Assembly: GCA_040954595.2 (NCBI GenBank) | Contig: CM082580.2 | Span: 12,414,909 to 12,478,908 of the forward strand | Source of the DNA: Balanoglossus misakiensis | Taxonomy: Eukaryota; Animalia; Hemichordata | Reading direction: 5' to 3' | DNA length: 64,000 nucleotides | Shown here: piece by piece, positions 1 through 12,643 of the stretch | How positions within the stretch are numbered: the stretch's first letter is position 1 | How the letters are laid out: the number at the start of each line of letters is the position of its first letter | Position numbers and translations under genes: made by a program | Notes under the pieces: generated by a model | What the model saw: only the letters and a program-made list of their open reading frames with translations | Told to the model about the DNA's origin: nothing | The model's database searches: none

Positions 1-1244
1 TGGTGTATTTTGTGGTCATTGCTGCCAGTTTTGTGACTGGCGTCACAGACGGGCTATCAGCATAAACGCAGCGGCCTCTTCCATGCATATATGGACGGAC
101 GTACACAGGGAAGAAGCCTTAGAGGATAAACAAATTGCAAATAACTCGTTCTCGTCTCGCTTGCCAGACCGCGAAGCCCCCCCCCCCCCCCCATGCCCCC
201 CCCCCCTCTCCGAGCGGCGAAGTCATGAGCAACAGCAAGCTCCCGCGTTTCATTTTGCGCGCCGTCGTGGCTTCGCCGCTCGTGCGGTCTGACAAAGTTG
301 GTCCAGGGGGATCCAGCGTAGTCTGGTTCCCTGCCCCAGCGCACTACGATACAAACTCAACAGCGACATTCAACAGGTGGACCTAGAGAAGAGCGCCTTA
401 AGCGACGAATATTTCAGTTTACACAACCACAGAGCTTCTCGAGACTCTATGACTCAACGTCTTACAATACCCATTATGCGTTAGTTTATCCTTGACAACG
501 CTGATGGCGAAACTCACGCCACATTGCTGCTTTTTAATTCAAATATCGAGTTTATGAGAATTGTTTGCATATATTTCAGGGTAGTGAAAAGCATAGACTG
601 TCTATGTGTAAAGTAGGTAACGATACAATCTGATTAAAATCAGATGTAGAGTTAGGCACCATCTTTACTTTGCTGGTTCTTGGCTGTTCTGTTCGGAAGG
701 GGTTCGCTTACGTCCGAGAACAGCCAAGGCATAGAACAGAGCAGCCAAAGCCGTGAGAACAGAATAGCCAAACATCGCCTAATTCTACATCTGATTTTAA
801 CCAGATTGGTAGCGATACGAGTACACAGTTTGAATTATGAATTCCAATCTCAAACATTTACAATCTATGCACGAATTTCAAGAAAATTAATAATCCCATT
901 TATCAATCGAGAAAAATCCACATGTGATTTTCAAATTCTATATCAGCATGATCAGTTCCATGTGTAATATGTTTTAACCCTGACTTGAAACATTTTAGCG
1001 CATCTGCAGTACTTTGATAATATCATGATATTTTAAACAGATAATGCAACTATTGTGGACAGGTTTTATACGTGTATTATACTGGATTTCTATTGTAAAT
1101 AATAAAACTGTTATTCTGTAAATTAAAAAAGTGTGTTTGTGTGGTCAGCGTCATTTCGGTTAGAATAGCATCTTCGAAGAAGACACGAGGTCTATGCGCT
1201 CGATTACTGCATGTGTGGTATGACCAATGACCATGGTATGACTT

Positions 1245-1430
<186 letters not shown>

Positions 1431-1895
1431 CATTTTGAGACTACGAAAGCATATACTCCAAGATACATACAAGTAATTGGCATACTGCTGTGCGTGTACT
1501 ACTTATTTTGACTTTCTATGTAAAAACATTTGCGAGTGCACATTTTTAATAGATCTCTCTCTTTCACTGGATTTTAGTCAGTCAATGGTATTCCACCTCC
1601 TTGAAGGCTACTTTCTGTCGAATTTTGCATTTTGTGAAAATGCTATAGCATTTTCTAGTATTCTCCCTTTTTCAAGCACGTGTATTAGTGTGTGGAGTGA
1701 CCGTGTGCATATACATGTACATGTATAACATTCACAAAAACGTCAACTTAGAGGGTCCGGTCGTAAGGAGAATGAAAGTTGACGTGGTTCCTTATCACAC
1801 TCATTAAAATCCTGTTTGTGCAGTGACGTCTGCGCTGTTTTCATTTCCGTGTGCAACGTTGTTGGAGTCGCATACGTGTCAAATTGGCGGCCAAT

Positions 1896-3219
1896 ATGGA
1901 ACAGAAAGGTGAGTTACTTTCATGTTGTTGGAGGACAGACGACTGTAAGTTACTCTCGGCGAACCAGTCGCTAATTTTGGAGGACGTGTAGGCCATTCTA
2001 ATAGGCGAACGTTGGCAGGGATTGTGAACAGCCCTGTCAGTCACTCAGAGCTGGTGGTGATGTAGTGAGCGGGGTGGATAGAGACACGAGATAAAATATA
2101 CGTAACTCAGTCATGAAAATGGAATTAATATGTTTGATTAAATACAGCCAGCCTTGATAAAAGGTTGACAGTACATGTCTAAAGACTGGGTTCACTTCAG
2201 GAACATTGAAAGCATATCGTCATCATACGCCTTTTTCGTAAAGAGGGCGCCCTTCCAAAACACGATCCACGCATTCACACACTATTCTCTCCACACATTA
2301 TAGAAACAAAACAAAACAAAACGAGATTTATTTACATGTATTATGAAATAATTATGCCCATAGACTTTGGGCAAGTCTATAAAGTGGAATCCCTACTCAC
2401 ATATGTTGTCTCAATTTATCCACAGACTACGAAAAAGGCCAAGAGGCCCAGTATCCACCTCAACAAGGTTATGCCCCTCAACCAGCTTACGCTCCTGCGG
2501 CGCCAATGGAACAACCTCCTCCAGCATACCCAGGTTATCCCCCTACAGAGGGCCCTACCCAATATCAACCACCTCCGACAGGGGGCCCGGGTGTACCCCC
2601 TACCCAGTATCAACCACCTCAAAACTATGGACAGACAATACAAGGTGCAGTGGTGAGTCCAACCATATTGGCAAGCTCATCATAGAAATTAACAGTATGT
2701 CTTCTGTGAATTATTATTATTAAGAAATTAACATTCCCATTCGCTTGTTGTTTTTGCAGTATACCCAGCAGATGGGTGGAGTGACTACAGTTTCCGCAGT
2801 GACTCAAGTGAAACCCAACAATTACATGGGACTTGCTGTTTTCGTAACAGTCTGTTGTTGTTGGCCTATTGGTATATTTGCCATCATGAAAGCCTCCCAG
2901 GTAAGCTTGTCTGAAGTGTGGTTTAGTTTGTGCAGTACAGAGAATGAGACTACTTGTCAGCGTAGTCACGTTCTGACTCTTGTGCATTTTGATTACACTT
3001 ATCAGCCTGTGCCTGATTAAAATGCGACTTTTTAAACACAATTTTTTCCAGGTGTCAAGTCATTTCTATAGGGGTGACTATGCTGGTGCTGAGGAGGCCT
3101 CAAAAAGTGCCAAAACGTGGTCCTTCGTCAGCCTTGGATGTGGGATTGCATCAATAATCTTCACTGTGGTGATAATAATCATCTACTATGTGGTCATTTT
3201 CAATACCGTGGCATACTAG
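1896..3219 (+). CDS. CD225/dispanin family protein (PRRT1/IFITM-like), 4 coding exons
   Basis: Exons 1896-1908 (ATG GAA CAG AAA G|gtgag), 2426-2652 (Pro/Gln/Tyr-rich, contains PPAY), 2760-2900 (PNNYMGLAVFVTVCCCWPIGIFAIMKASQ), 3052-3219 (GDYAGAEEASKSAKTWS plus TM helix). Junctions are GT-AG and in frame. Confidence 0.9.
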
Positions 3220-4625
3220 TAATGAAATCTGTTGCCAAGGGGATGCCACTGCACCCAGCGCTGTACTAATTTCTCACAGATGTTCTTTCAAATATTACAT
3301 GTTTGTAAACTGTATGTATGTATGTATGTTTATGATTTTCATTCATTATCAAAAATTAAGTGTTTAACGTGTTCACATTTTAAAGATTTACATTTTTAGA
3401 TAATACAAAACTGTATTCTTTTGATGTTGTAAGTTTTAATTGTATGTAACATTTACTAAAACTTTGGGTCATCAAAGTGGCCTATTGTGTGTAATAATAT
3501 TCAAATTTTTCTTATATTCTGAATTCAAATACCTGCACCATTCTCCCTCCTTTATGAAAGTAATGTACAAATATTTGTAAAACTACCATTGAAACATTTG
3601 TGTACCGGTAGTCACTTTTTTCACAATCTTGTCTGCATGTACTGACATTTTGATGATGTATATAATGATAGCAGAGGTTTTTGTAATTTAATAGGTCAGT
3701 TCATCAATGTTATCACTTTCTTTATTCTGTCTCTTTCTCTGATAGCAGTCCTCATAAATGTGCGATACCTTACAGGGGAGAGGCCGGGAAATATACTGGA
3801 AAGTTTTGGAATTTGAACACACTTCTGTATGAGGCACACAAAGTGCTGAATACAGACACTTGTAACAAATATATTTTGAAAATTATCATACTCAACACAT
3901 CATGATATAAATGAAATCATCCATTAATCAGATACATATACATACATTTATTAAGATTCCGTATACAATAAACAATTTACATGTACCTACAGTTGTACAT
4001 CATCATTTATACACTTTAACATATTTACACTTTTTTAAAAAGCTGACAGACAGAAAGTCAACAGCAGTAATAAGTTTGGGTGTACTAGTGTACTGAAATG
4101 TACCGAGTATTTTTACGGTAAGTTGCTTTTTGAAAACAGTCAGAAGACACATCAGTTTCCCACATCAACGCCGTGCCCGGTTTATATGGGGTCATATGCT
4201 ATTATTGAAATATTGCACAAATATCAAGTTCATTTTCCATCAGTTCAGAATGACAAATTGATGGCATTCATGTTTCAGCCTGTACATGAAACATAGTTTT
4301 ATCAGCCACATGATCAAAGCTGCAGTGAAAAATGTGTCTTGTCAAGAAGACGTGTATTATAATGTAGAATTCACAACAGACAGAAAAAGGTTGTAATCTT
4401 CAATTTTCATGATGTAGAATGTGGAAACAATTTGATAAATCCTGTGATTCCTAACACTGATAAACATCAATAGGATTTTTTTTAGTGCGAGGATCACATC
4501 TAGGTTTCACACAGATAAAGTCTTCAGCTACGTGACAATATAACATGTAAATGACTTTCTCTTTTTCAATTTGTGACTTTCTTCAAAAGCTGCCGCCCCG
4601 AATTGGCCCCTCTTCCGGCAGAGGA

Positions 4626-5679
4626 CTAAAATAGTGGCACCACGCCCGTTGCTGCATCCGGAGCAGCGGTGGTGGTGGAGTCGTCGAAATTCAAGTCGGA
4701 AAGCAGCAACGGAATGAGGATCAGATACTCCACACACAGGAACACCAGTACCAGCATGATGATGGCGATGCCAATTCCGATGCTGATCCAGGAGAGTTTC
4801 CTGGCTTTGTTGGCAAAATCCCAGGCAGTGGTCAGGTCGTTGCGGGCAACAGCTGCACGGGCCTGCAACAAGACAGAGAGAGAGAGAGAGTCATGCTTTA
4901 TTTTCAACAAAAGTCCCTCATTGTAATATTCACTGGAGGCAGAGATTGGCTGGGTAAACATGTTTTTGATATCTAAACTTTTGCTTAATCTCATTGAAGT
5001 CCTTGATTCGGTTCTTACATCAGATGCTCTGAGGATGGCAAAGATTCCGGTCGGCCAGAAACAGCAGACGGTGGCAAAGATAGCCAATGCCAGGTGATCC
5101 GGGGGTCCTGATCCAATTGTCGGCTGCACAACCACACCAGGAGAATAAGCTGCCTGAGAACAAAGAGGAAAAAAATTCAGATATAAATCGGCAACATCAT
5201 TGCACCAGTATATCTCCTCTTTACCAGATAAGAAGGTCATGCACTCTAGATGTAAAGGATGCATGTACATACTGCATTCATCATAGGCTGGTTGTACATA
5301 TACGGTGGGGGTGGTTGCTGCATTGGAGGGGTCATTCCGGGCTGACCTTTCAAGATGGGTTCAGCTTCATCAGCCTTGCACAGTTCTGAATGACAAGAAA
5401 AGTGATGTCTTCCTTGTTAATACAGTTGATGACAAAAGTGGGATGAAGCAAAGGACTGCAACTACATGTATATCATATAATGAGAATTGCGTGAAAATCA
5501 CATGTACATGGGCTAGTTAGAAGCTAATCTCAGCTGCAACTGTCAACAAAAATACAAGGAGCTGTAAGATGTAACTAAATAGCGCCCTCATATAGTACGC
5601 TGCAGTCTTTAAACGTCTGATCAGTGTTATTCTCCATAATATTCGACAATAGCAACGTCTTACCTTGCTTGTCAGACAT
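4626..5679 (-). CDS. Second CD225/dispanin family paralogue, 4 coding exons
   Basis: Exons 5679-5664 (MSDKQ G|gtaag), about 5385-5273 (Pro-rich, PPPPY), 5153-5019 (PPDHLALAIFATVCCFWPTGIFAILRASD), 4862-4626 (ARAAVARNDLTTAWDFANKARKLSW plus TM). Intron phases match the first paralogue. Confidence 0.88.
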
Positions 5680-6050
5680 GATGTCGAGATAATGCCAATA
5701 AAATTGGCTGGTAATGTCAATCTGATTGTTTAAAAAACAAGTTTAACCTCTCACTGATGATGCGCAATGCATATAAGCTGAGGGAAATAATTTATGAATC
5801 GACTGTTCGTTATTTCTTCCCTCGTAACAACCGGAAGTATTGCTTCACTCTCAGACCTGTGGAGTGTTATCATCGCTGGTGTTGCTTCTCATCTCTCGGA
5901 ATATTCGTTTCTCTGATCAGAGCTGTGCAAAGTACAACAGCTTTTAGTTATCGATCAGCTTGAGTGGGCGAGCTGCGCTTGAGTTTGATTCAGTGATCGA
6001 CTTAGCTTCTTGGCGGTGGGTGTCGCGTGCGTGTGGGGTGTGTACAAGGG
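5680..6050. promoter_or_regulatory. Putative bidirectional promoter between the CD225 paralogue and EEFSEC
   Basis: Divergent ATGs 372 bp apart, CpG-containing sequence, ETS-type AACCGGAAGT at about 5829-5838. Confidence 0.6.
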
Positions 6051-9000
6051 ATGGCCAGTGATTCAGGGAAGACGCTCAACTTCAATCTAGGAGTGCTTGG
6101 ACATATCGATAGTGGCAAAACATCTTTAGGTAGCGTTCATTATTTGAAACCATTTTGTCCTGTCGCAAGCATTGTGTGTGTCAAAGAAATCGAGCATTTT
6201 ACCATATTGCACCGTACGTTATTTTGATAAGGGGTCAAAAGTTCATACGATTACCAGGTTGTTTACATCAGCTCAGAAACGAATATTCTGACCACTTTTC
6301 ATCATTTTATGAAAAATATATATTTGTGGTCTTGTTTTGTTTTTTCCAGCCAAGGCTTTAAGCCAGACAGCTGCTACTGCATCATTCGATAAAAATCCAC
6401 AGAGTAAAGAGAGAGGAATAACCCTTGACCTGGGTGAGTGTCACATGGTCTGTTTATATTCATTTCTAAACTAGGAATTTTCTCTTCTTGTGCTCAAAAC
6501 CCAAAGTGATATCTTGTTGTTTCCTGTTGCCAGGTTTCTCATCCTTCTTGACAGACATTCCAGAACATTTGACGCTCGGAAAATATGAGAAGCTACAGGT
6601 GACTCTCGTGGACTGTCCGGGACATGCATCACTAATCAGAACAATCATTGGAGGTAGAGTGACCTTGATTATTCTTCTGAGTGTTGGTGTACATATGTCA
6701 CAAGGATGGGTTTTGTCACGGTGGTTGCTGATGAGATTGAATAGGTTCCCTTATAATATTTTGAATAGTTCATTTTGTTTTCTTGTAGGAGCACAGATCA
6801 TAGATCTGATGATGTTGGTTGTTGATGTCACAAAGGGTGTTCAAACGCAAACAGCAGAGGTAGGAAAAATGGTATCCTTGAGACTTTGGAATGTGATTTC
6901 AAAATTTTGTAAAAAAATATCCTTCAGAGCAGTTTACAGGGATGTAACAAACAGGGTGAAAATATTTTGAGGTCATTGGGTTGATCCTTGAGTAGAGCAA
7001 TTGAGATGGTGATATTTTATATGCCAGATTTTTTTTCTTTTTTTGCAGTGTTTAGTTATCGGAGAAATAACTTGTGAAAAAATGGTAGTGGTTCTGAACA
7101 AAGTGGATCTGCTGCCACCACAGAAGAAACAGCAACAAATTGAAAAGGTATTTATTTTAAAATCTCCACTTCCACCAGTAACTTACCCTTTTAGAGCATT
7201 CCCCAAGTCAGGATTTTTGATGAATATATACCAGTCAGATAATCTAATGGAAAATAGCTAACCATGGTTCACAAAAAGATATCGTTTTGTTCACTTTTGT
7301 TTCTCAGATGACCAAGAGAATGCTGAAAACGCTAGAAAACACCAGATTTGCCAACTCACCAGTCATACCAGTGTCAGCCAAACCAGGTGGACCAGAGGCA
7401 CCTGACACAGATCCTGAAGGGGTGGACAAGCTTGTGGAGGTAGTGTAAAACATAAATGTACTGCCTTGAAGAAACTACAAAGATACAAGAAAGAGAATGT
7501 GTCTTCTGATTTGATATTCATCTGCGAGACATTTCATTTTCTTCCTTTCATTGCAGGAGTTGAGAAGACAGGCATACCTGCCCAAAAGGGACACCAGCGG
7601 ACCGTTCATGTTTGCAGTGGATCATTGTTTCTCGATTCGAGGACAGGGCACGGTGATGACGGGGACAGTGCTGAGCGGAAGCATCTCAATCAATGATGTA
7701 AGAAATTGTTGCATATCAGCCAGCAAATTTGCCTCAAATCTGAAATTCAAAATGGCCGCCAATCTCTGTGGAGAAGACTGCCTCTAAAAAGCATTATGTG
7801 GCAAGAAGTCAAAAAAAATTGATAAAGTAGTGCTGTTTATCATTGCTTACAATCTCTTTTTGTGGGACAGAATATAGAAATTCCAGCTTTGAAGTTGACA
7901 AAGAAAGTGAAATCCATGCAGATGTTCCGACAGCCTGTGAACACTATCATTCAGGGCGACAGGACTGGGATATGCGTGACCCAGTTTGACCCCAAGCAGT
8001 TGGAGAGAGGGATGGTGTGTAGCCCCGGTGCCTTGCCAACCATTGTCGGTATGTGATGCCAGTTATAGTTTGCATTAAAGTCATGCCTAAATGTTACCAT
8101 GTGATTGCAAGTTGAATACAACATTATTATCTGCTTGTCTCCTTACAGCTGGTATTATTGACGTTAAGAAAATATCTTACTACAAAGGTACAATCTCAAC
8201 AAAGGCCAAATTCCATAGTGAGTACACACTTTTCTGCATCAAAACTTCAAGTGGTCTGTTTTCATTATCTTATCAACTATGCGGCTGTGTTGATGTTGTA
8301 TTGTGGGTGCAGTCAGTTGAATGGAAATGGTATCATGGATTTACAAGATAACAACAGTCCTGTTGGTCTGCTTTGTGGTTAATAAATCCCTGTGTTCTGT
8401 TGACAGTCACTACCGGTCATGCTACTGTGATGGGCAGGGTATCGTTCTTCAGCCACTACTTAAAAGATGGCCAACCTTCAACGACTAATACAGGTGAGAT
8501 TTTCTGTTCACCAATTATTAAGAGATTAAATCTCAGACAGTCATGAGATCTTTATCAACTCAGCATTTCTCAAAGAAATCCTAAGATAATGTTTTCTTTT
8601 CTCTCTTTTTTGTCTTATCATCAGCTTTCAACTTTGATCAGGAATACAGCTACCAAGAACAGTTACTCAGCAAAGAAGATGCCAAAGCAAGTGACAGCGA
8701 CAAGGAAAATGCTGGCCAGTCAGATGACGCCACATCACCAGTTATACCCAATCAGCAGTTTGCTCTCATAGAATTTGAGAAACCGATCACCTGCCCTGAA
8801 AACTGTCTCCTCATTGGCTCCAAGCTGGACACAGACATCCATATCCTTTATATAAACAAATCAGTGTCTTTGGAGTGTATGAAGGGCTTACATAAAGACT
8901 TCCAGTTCAATTAACCCTTTGGTCTAAAGCCACTGTTTTCTATGGTAAAGTAGGACCTCTCAAGAGGGAAATGGGGTGAAAAGGTTAAATACATGATAGT

Positions 9001-10314
9001 GAAACACTGGATGCATATGTTCTTCATCATCACAATGTGCATATTTGCCTTAACTCATATTTTACATGCCAATATGTGCAGACTTGCTTTTTATGGTCAC
9101 TTGGTTCACTCTATCACAGATAAAGTAAGTTTCCATACATCTTCCAAACTTGTCTGTGGTATTTTGTTCTGCATAAATCATGAACTCTTGGTTTTCATTC
9201 ATAATCTTCGATGACTTGTTTTGGTAGATTTTGCCCAATAACTAGTGGAAGGAAGTCATTAAAATATGTACACATTTCAGCTCCATTGTTTGTAAACTTG
9301 TTTTGTGACGCTTCCAACAGAAATACCACGAAACAGTTCTTCCAAACCTGAAAATCTACAAAAATAAGCAAAGAGAAGGATTTGCTGAAAGGGTAAGTTA
9401 GATTCTTATCTGCTCTTTGACCTCTGACTGGCCAGACGCGGAAATTATCATATGGTACCAGTTCCAACAATGAATTTGTAAATCTTTTGAACATTATTTG
9501 TGATTATCTCACATGTGACTTTTGGCCTGACAGATGTTGGATGACTACAATATCATTGGTAGAGGGCTGTTCAAGAAAGAAACGAACATACAGTTGTTTG
9601 TTGGTTTGAAAGTTCATCTCTCCACTGGTGAGCTCGGTGTGATAGAATGTGGTTTCGGGCAGAGTGGCAAGTATAAAGTGAGAATTCCAGGTGAGAATTG
9701 GATGCTATGTCTTTCATCCATCATCAATGGATGAGAGAATCCGATAGTTATTAAGAACCACAAGCGGTTTGTAGTGGGGCTGTCCTCCCATTAATTTGAT
9801 AGCATTCTGATTGTGCATAAAATTCGCAGTTATGTAGGCATATACTGGGGGTGGGGGATGTGGGGCCAATATATTTTTGAGCAGCATGTCAGAAACCTAA
9901 CAGTAATTCCTCACTTGATGGTTTCACTGGACCTCAGCATACCTCTTTTGTTTGATCTGCAGATGGTTTAAATCCTGACACAAAAGCAAGACTGTCTACA
10001 AGTGGCAAGAAGAAAGACAAAGGAAAACAGACTCCCCAATCACAGGGTAAGCTTATATTAAACCTTTCACCACAATGGTTCAGTCCAAACCCATTGTTTT
10101 ATATGGTAAGGTTGGACCTACATCCTACATTAGTTGCTTAATCACTGTTGATTGAGAAAGGAACTGATCTTGACCGCTTGTTTTACCTCTAGATGCCGCA
10201 GCGCCCTCTAGTGGCCAAGGTGACGCACCAACTCCGGAGAAGCAGACTATCCGCATCACCTTGAACTTCAAGAGATTTGTGCATGACCCAAAGAAGAAGA
10301 TGATGCAGACATGA
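6051..10314 (+). CDS. EEFSEC: Selenocysteine-specific elongation factor (eEFSec/SelB), multi-exon
   Basis: GTPase motifs NLGVLGHIDSGKT, ERGITLDLG, LVDCPGH and NKVD. eEFSec-type segments FAVDHCFSIRGQGTVMTGT, KLDTDIHANMCRLAF, LFKKETNIQLFVGLKVHLSTGE. C-terminus LNFKRFVHDPKKKMMQT-TGA at 10312-10314. Confidence 0.96.
8841..9065 (+). other. U12-type (minor spliceosome) AT-AC intron in EEFSEC
   Basis: 5' end ATATCCTTT, branch CCTTAAC at 9048-9054, terminal AC at 9064-9065. Removing it joins ATC C|AT GCC and gives ...DTDIHANMCRLAF in frame. Confidence 0.93.
8915..8984. mobile_element. Short TTAA-flanked MITE copy with internal deletion, inside the U12 intron
   Basis: TTAA|CCCTTT...GGTGAAAAGG|TTAA. 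Shares the core 'tctatggtaaag...ggacctc' with the copy at 38939-39023. Confidence 0.7.
10058..10120. mobile_element. Partial copy of the same MITE family
   Basis: ttaaacctttcaccacaatggttcagtccaaacccattgttttatatggtaaggttggacct resembles the left two thirds of 38939-39023. Confidence 0.65.
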
Positions 10315-11023
10315 CAGGATCAATCAGGGGAATTATCTTCATTAAATTTTTTTAATCATCAGGTGGATGCCCTTAAAATTTTGAATGACCGTCATTCAAA
10401 CAATCATTTGGAAATCGTCTACCATGACAAGCAGACTAACAATGGCATTCAGACAAGATAAGCATGGTTGACATTATTGAACTGGTTGACTCGTACCAGG
10501 TATAAAAGTGCCAGGATGTAAGGTCACACAGGGGTCATGCAAGATGTCAATTGATTGAAGTGCCAACAATGTTATCAATATTATGACCTTCATCAAAATA
10601 GAAACAGCACAATGATACCGCAAAGCGACCCACAAATTTTTAATGAAAATGACCGTAATACCACAAAGAATTGAATATTGCATTGGTACTCGTAGTTGTG
10701 CACAATTCTGAATGAAACTTGTGGGCACATTGCTGATCTATGCAGAAAGACTACTAATTAAAATATATTCTATAATATTAGTTTCCTATATCATTTTCCT
10801 ACTGATTTTAGAATACTAGATGTTTACTCTTTAGACATCATTAGTTAGTATAAAAAGGGGGTTTGTGATGCCAGCTCACAAGGAAACTATACCCAGTATA
10901 GGAAGATGGAATTGTTGCGTTTTACCACGTAAAATTACAAATTACGTAGCCTCTGTCTGCCTATGCCAAATTTAAACTTTATATCTGTACAATGTTTGAG
11001 GTATGAGGAGAACCCTTGTATTG

Positions 11024-12643
11024 CTATTGTAAAGTTCCTTTCTGTTTCTTACTAGTAAGGCCCATCTTCCGCGAGTTGAGATTTGATGGGTCTTCATAAC
11101 TTTCAATATCCGAGTAATCCTTCGTTCCAGTCGTCTGAAGGGGCTGATAAACGTCGTTCTGTGGGTGTTGCACCAAAGCAGTATACTGGCCCTCGTCCGC
11201 ACCGGGCTGGTCCTGCATGTCCTCGTAAACTGACTGGTGGACTGGTGTATCCGCCTCGCCGCCGCCGTCAAGTTGGTGGAGTCTACCGTCTGCATAACCG
11301 ATTGAATACGGCTGGGCGGCGGCCGCCGGTGCTGGTTTGCCTCCAGAGGCGTTGTCCGGGCGACGGTTGCTTGGCAACGCTCTGGTCTTCTTTCGCAAAG
11401 AGAGAAATACTACAAACGCGAGAAGAGACAGGCATACACCGCCGATGAAAGCACCCGCGACTGGTCCCACGATAGACAGTGCAGTCGTGCGAGCAGGGCG
11501 TGGTGAAATCTCCGGGCTTGTGGCGTTCGAAAATTCAGAAAAGTTAATAGCTTTTTTCGCCACGCCTGTTCCTAAAGAATTTTCGGCTTGACATCTGACA
11601 GTTTGCATAGATCCCGAAGTTGTAAATTCTGTCAAAGAATCAATTGCAATGTCTATAAACAATACATTCTGCTGGTCACTTTCAGTGCGAATCGAGGGGC
11701 TTTCCAGATTGTCCATGGACCACAAGTATTGTGTGACTGGTGGATTGGCCGACACTTCACACATGCATGTCAACGTAATAAAATCAGACTCATTGCTGCA
11801 TTGCACTTGGTATGAATACGAGACCGTTAAAACCACCACGGGAGCGTAGAAGACGCTGACAGGACCGAGTGAACAATTACGCGACGTGGGGTATGTTGGA
11901 TGTGAAGCCATGCAAACAAAAACTGCCCCATTGTCGTCTGCTGTCATGGTGTGCGACAGGGTGATATTATTTGCTGGCCTTATCATGGCCCCGCTCCCAT
12001 TGTTACCAATCGATAGAGTCGTGCCGTCTGATAATTTCCTGAACCATGATAAAGTTGGAATGGGTGACCCTCCCGGCAAGCGACAGAAAAACAACACACC
12101 CATGCCTTCTCGGAAATTACGAATATTCTCATTTAGTAGCTTCGTGGTGGTGCCTGCAAAAGAGGCACTGTCAATTTCGCACTTCGGGTTTTCCACGTCC
12201 GGTTGTTTCAGCAACTCCAATGTCATACTTCCTAAAACGTTATCTTCGACTTCATACGAGTAACTTCCTACATCTGAGTCACTGAACATTTTAACGACAA
12301 ATGTAACGTTGAACGGTAACCCCTTCCTTAGATTGTTTTTATCAGCAGCGTTGAGGGCCAACACATGTTTACTAAAGTGCAACACACAATCTGTAAACAG
12401 CCTTCCACTGCTTAAAGTTGCTCGTAACGTACACACCGTTTCCCCGTCCTTCTCCCAGCGCACGTTGACAGATCGGGTCGATGGATCCAGACTAGCGGGG
12501 TTCACGGTACATATCAGGCGGACGTTGTCCGTGGCCGAAATGTAGGTGGTGGAGTTTGCTGCTTCTGATAGTACAACTTCAGCCCGTACGGAGTGAACAA
12601 TACTGATTGGCAAAACAGCCACGAACAAACTCAACAAATGCAT
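11024..12643 (-). CDS. Intronless type-I membrane Ig-superfamily receptor (about 3 Ig domains) with a Tyr-motif cytoplasmic tail
   Basis: 539-aa ORF. Signal peptide; Ig motifs VRLIC...VRWEKDG, FFC...LSWFR...DDNGAVFVC, CEVSANPPVTQYLW...VRCQAENSLG; TM IVGPVAGAFIGGVCLSLLAFVVFLSL followed by RKK; tail with YEDM, YTAL, YQPL, YSDI, YEDP. Confidence 0.88.
   Translation of the reverse strand: MHLLSLFVAVLPISIVHSVRAEVVLSEAANSTTYISATDNVRLICTVNPASLDPSTRSVNVRWEKDGETVCTLRATLSSGRLFTDCVLHFSKHVLALNAADKNNLRKGLPFNVTFVVKMFSDSDVGSYSYEVEDNVLGSMTLELLKQPDVENPKCEIDSASFAGTTTKLLNENIRNFREGMGVLFFCRLPGGSPIPTLSWFRKLSDGTTLSIGNNGSGAMIRPANNITLSHTMTADDNGAVFVCMASHPTYPTSRNCSLGPVSVFYAPVVVLTVSYSYQVQCSNESDFITLTCMCEVSANPPVTQYLWSMDNLESPSIRTESDQQNVLFIDIAIDSLTEFTTSGSMQTVRCQAENSLGTGVAKKAINFSEFSNATSPEISPRPARTTALSIVGPVAGAFIGGVCLSLLAFVVFLSLRKKTRALPSNRRPDNASGGKPAPAAAAQPYSIGYADGRLHQLDGGGEADTPVHQSVYEDMQDQPGADEGQYTALVQHPQNDVYQPLQTTGTKDYSDIESYEDPSNLNSRKMGLTSKKQKGTLQ

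Noticed and set aside
1-390. GC-rich stretch with C-runs and three short overlapping ORFs
   Set aside because: No recognisable protein; the poly-Pro/Gly comes from homopolymers. It may be a repeat fragment, but I could not define its ends.
6872-6880. GTATCCTTG, a U12-like donor inside an EEFSEC intron
   Set aside because: The ordinary GT at 6860 already gives the conserved QTAE|CLVIGE junction, and I saw no U12 branch site.
10575-10720. ATGA...AAA patterns as a SECIS candidate in the EEFSEC 3' UTR
   Set aside because: The spacing or the 3' GA of the non-Watson-Crick quartet does not fit.
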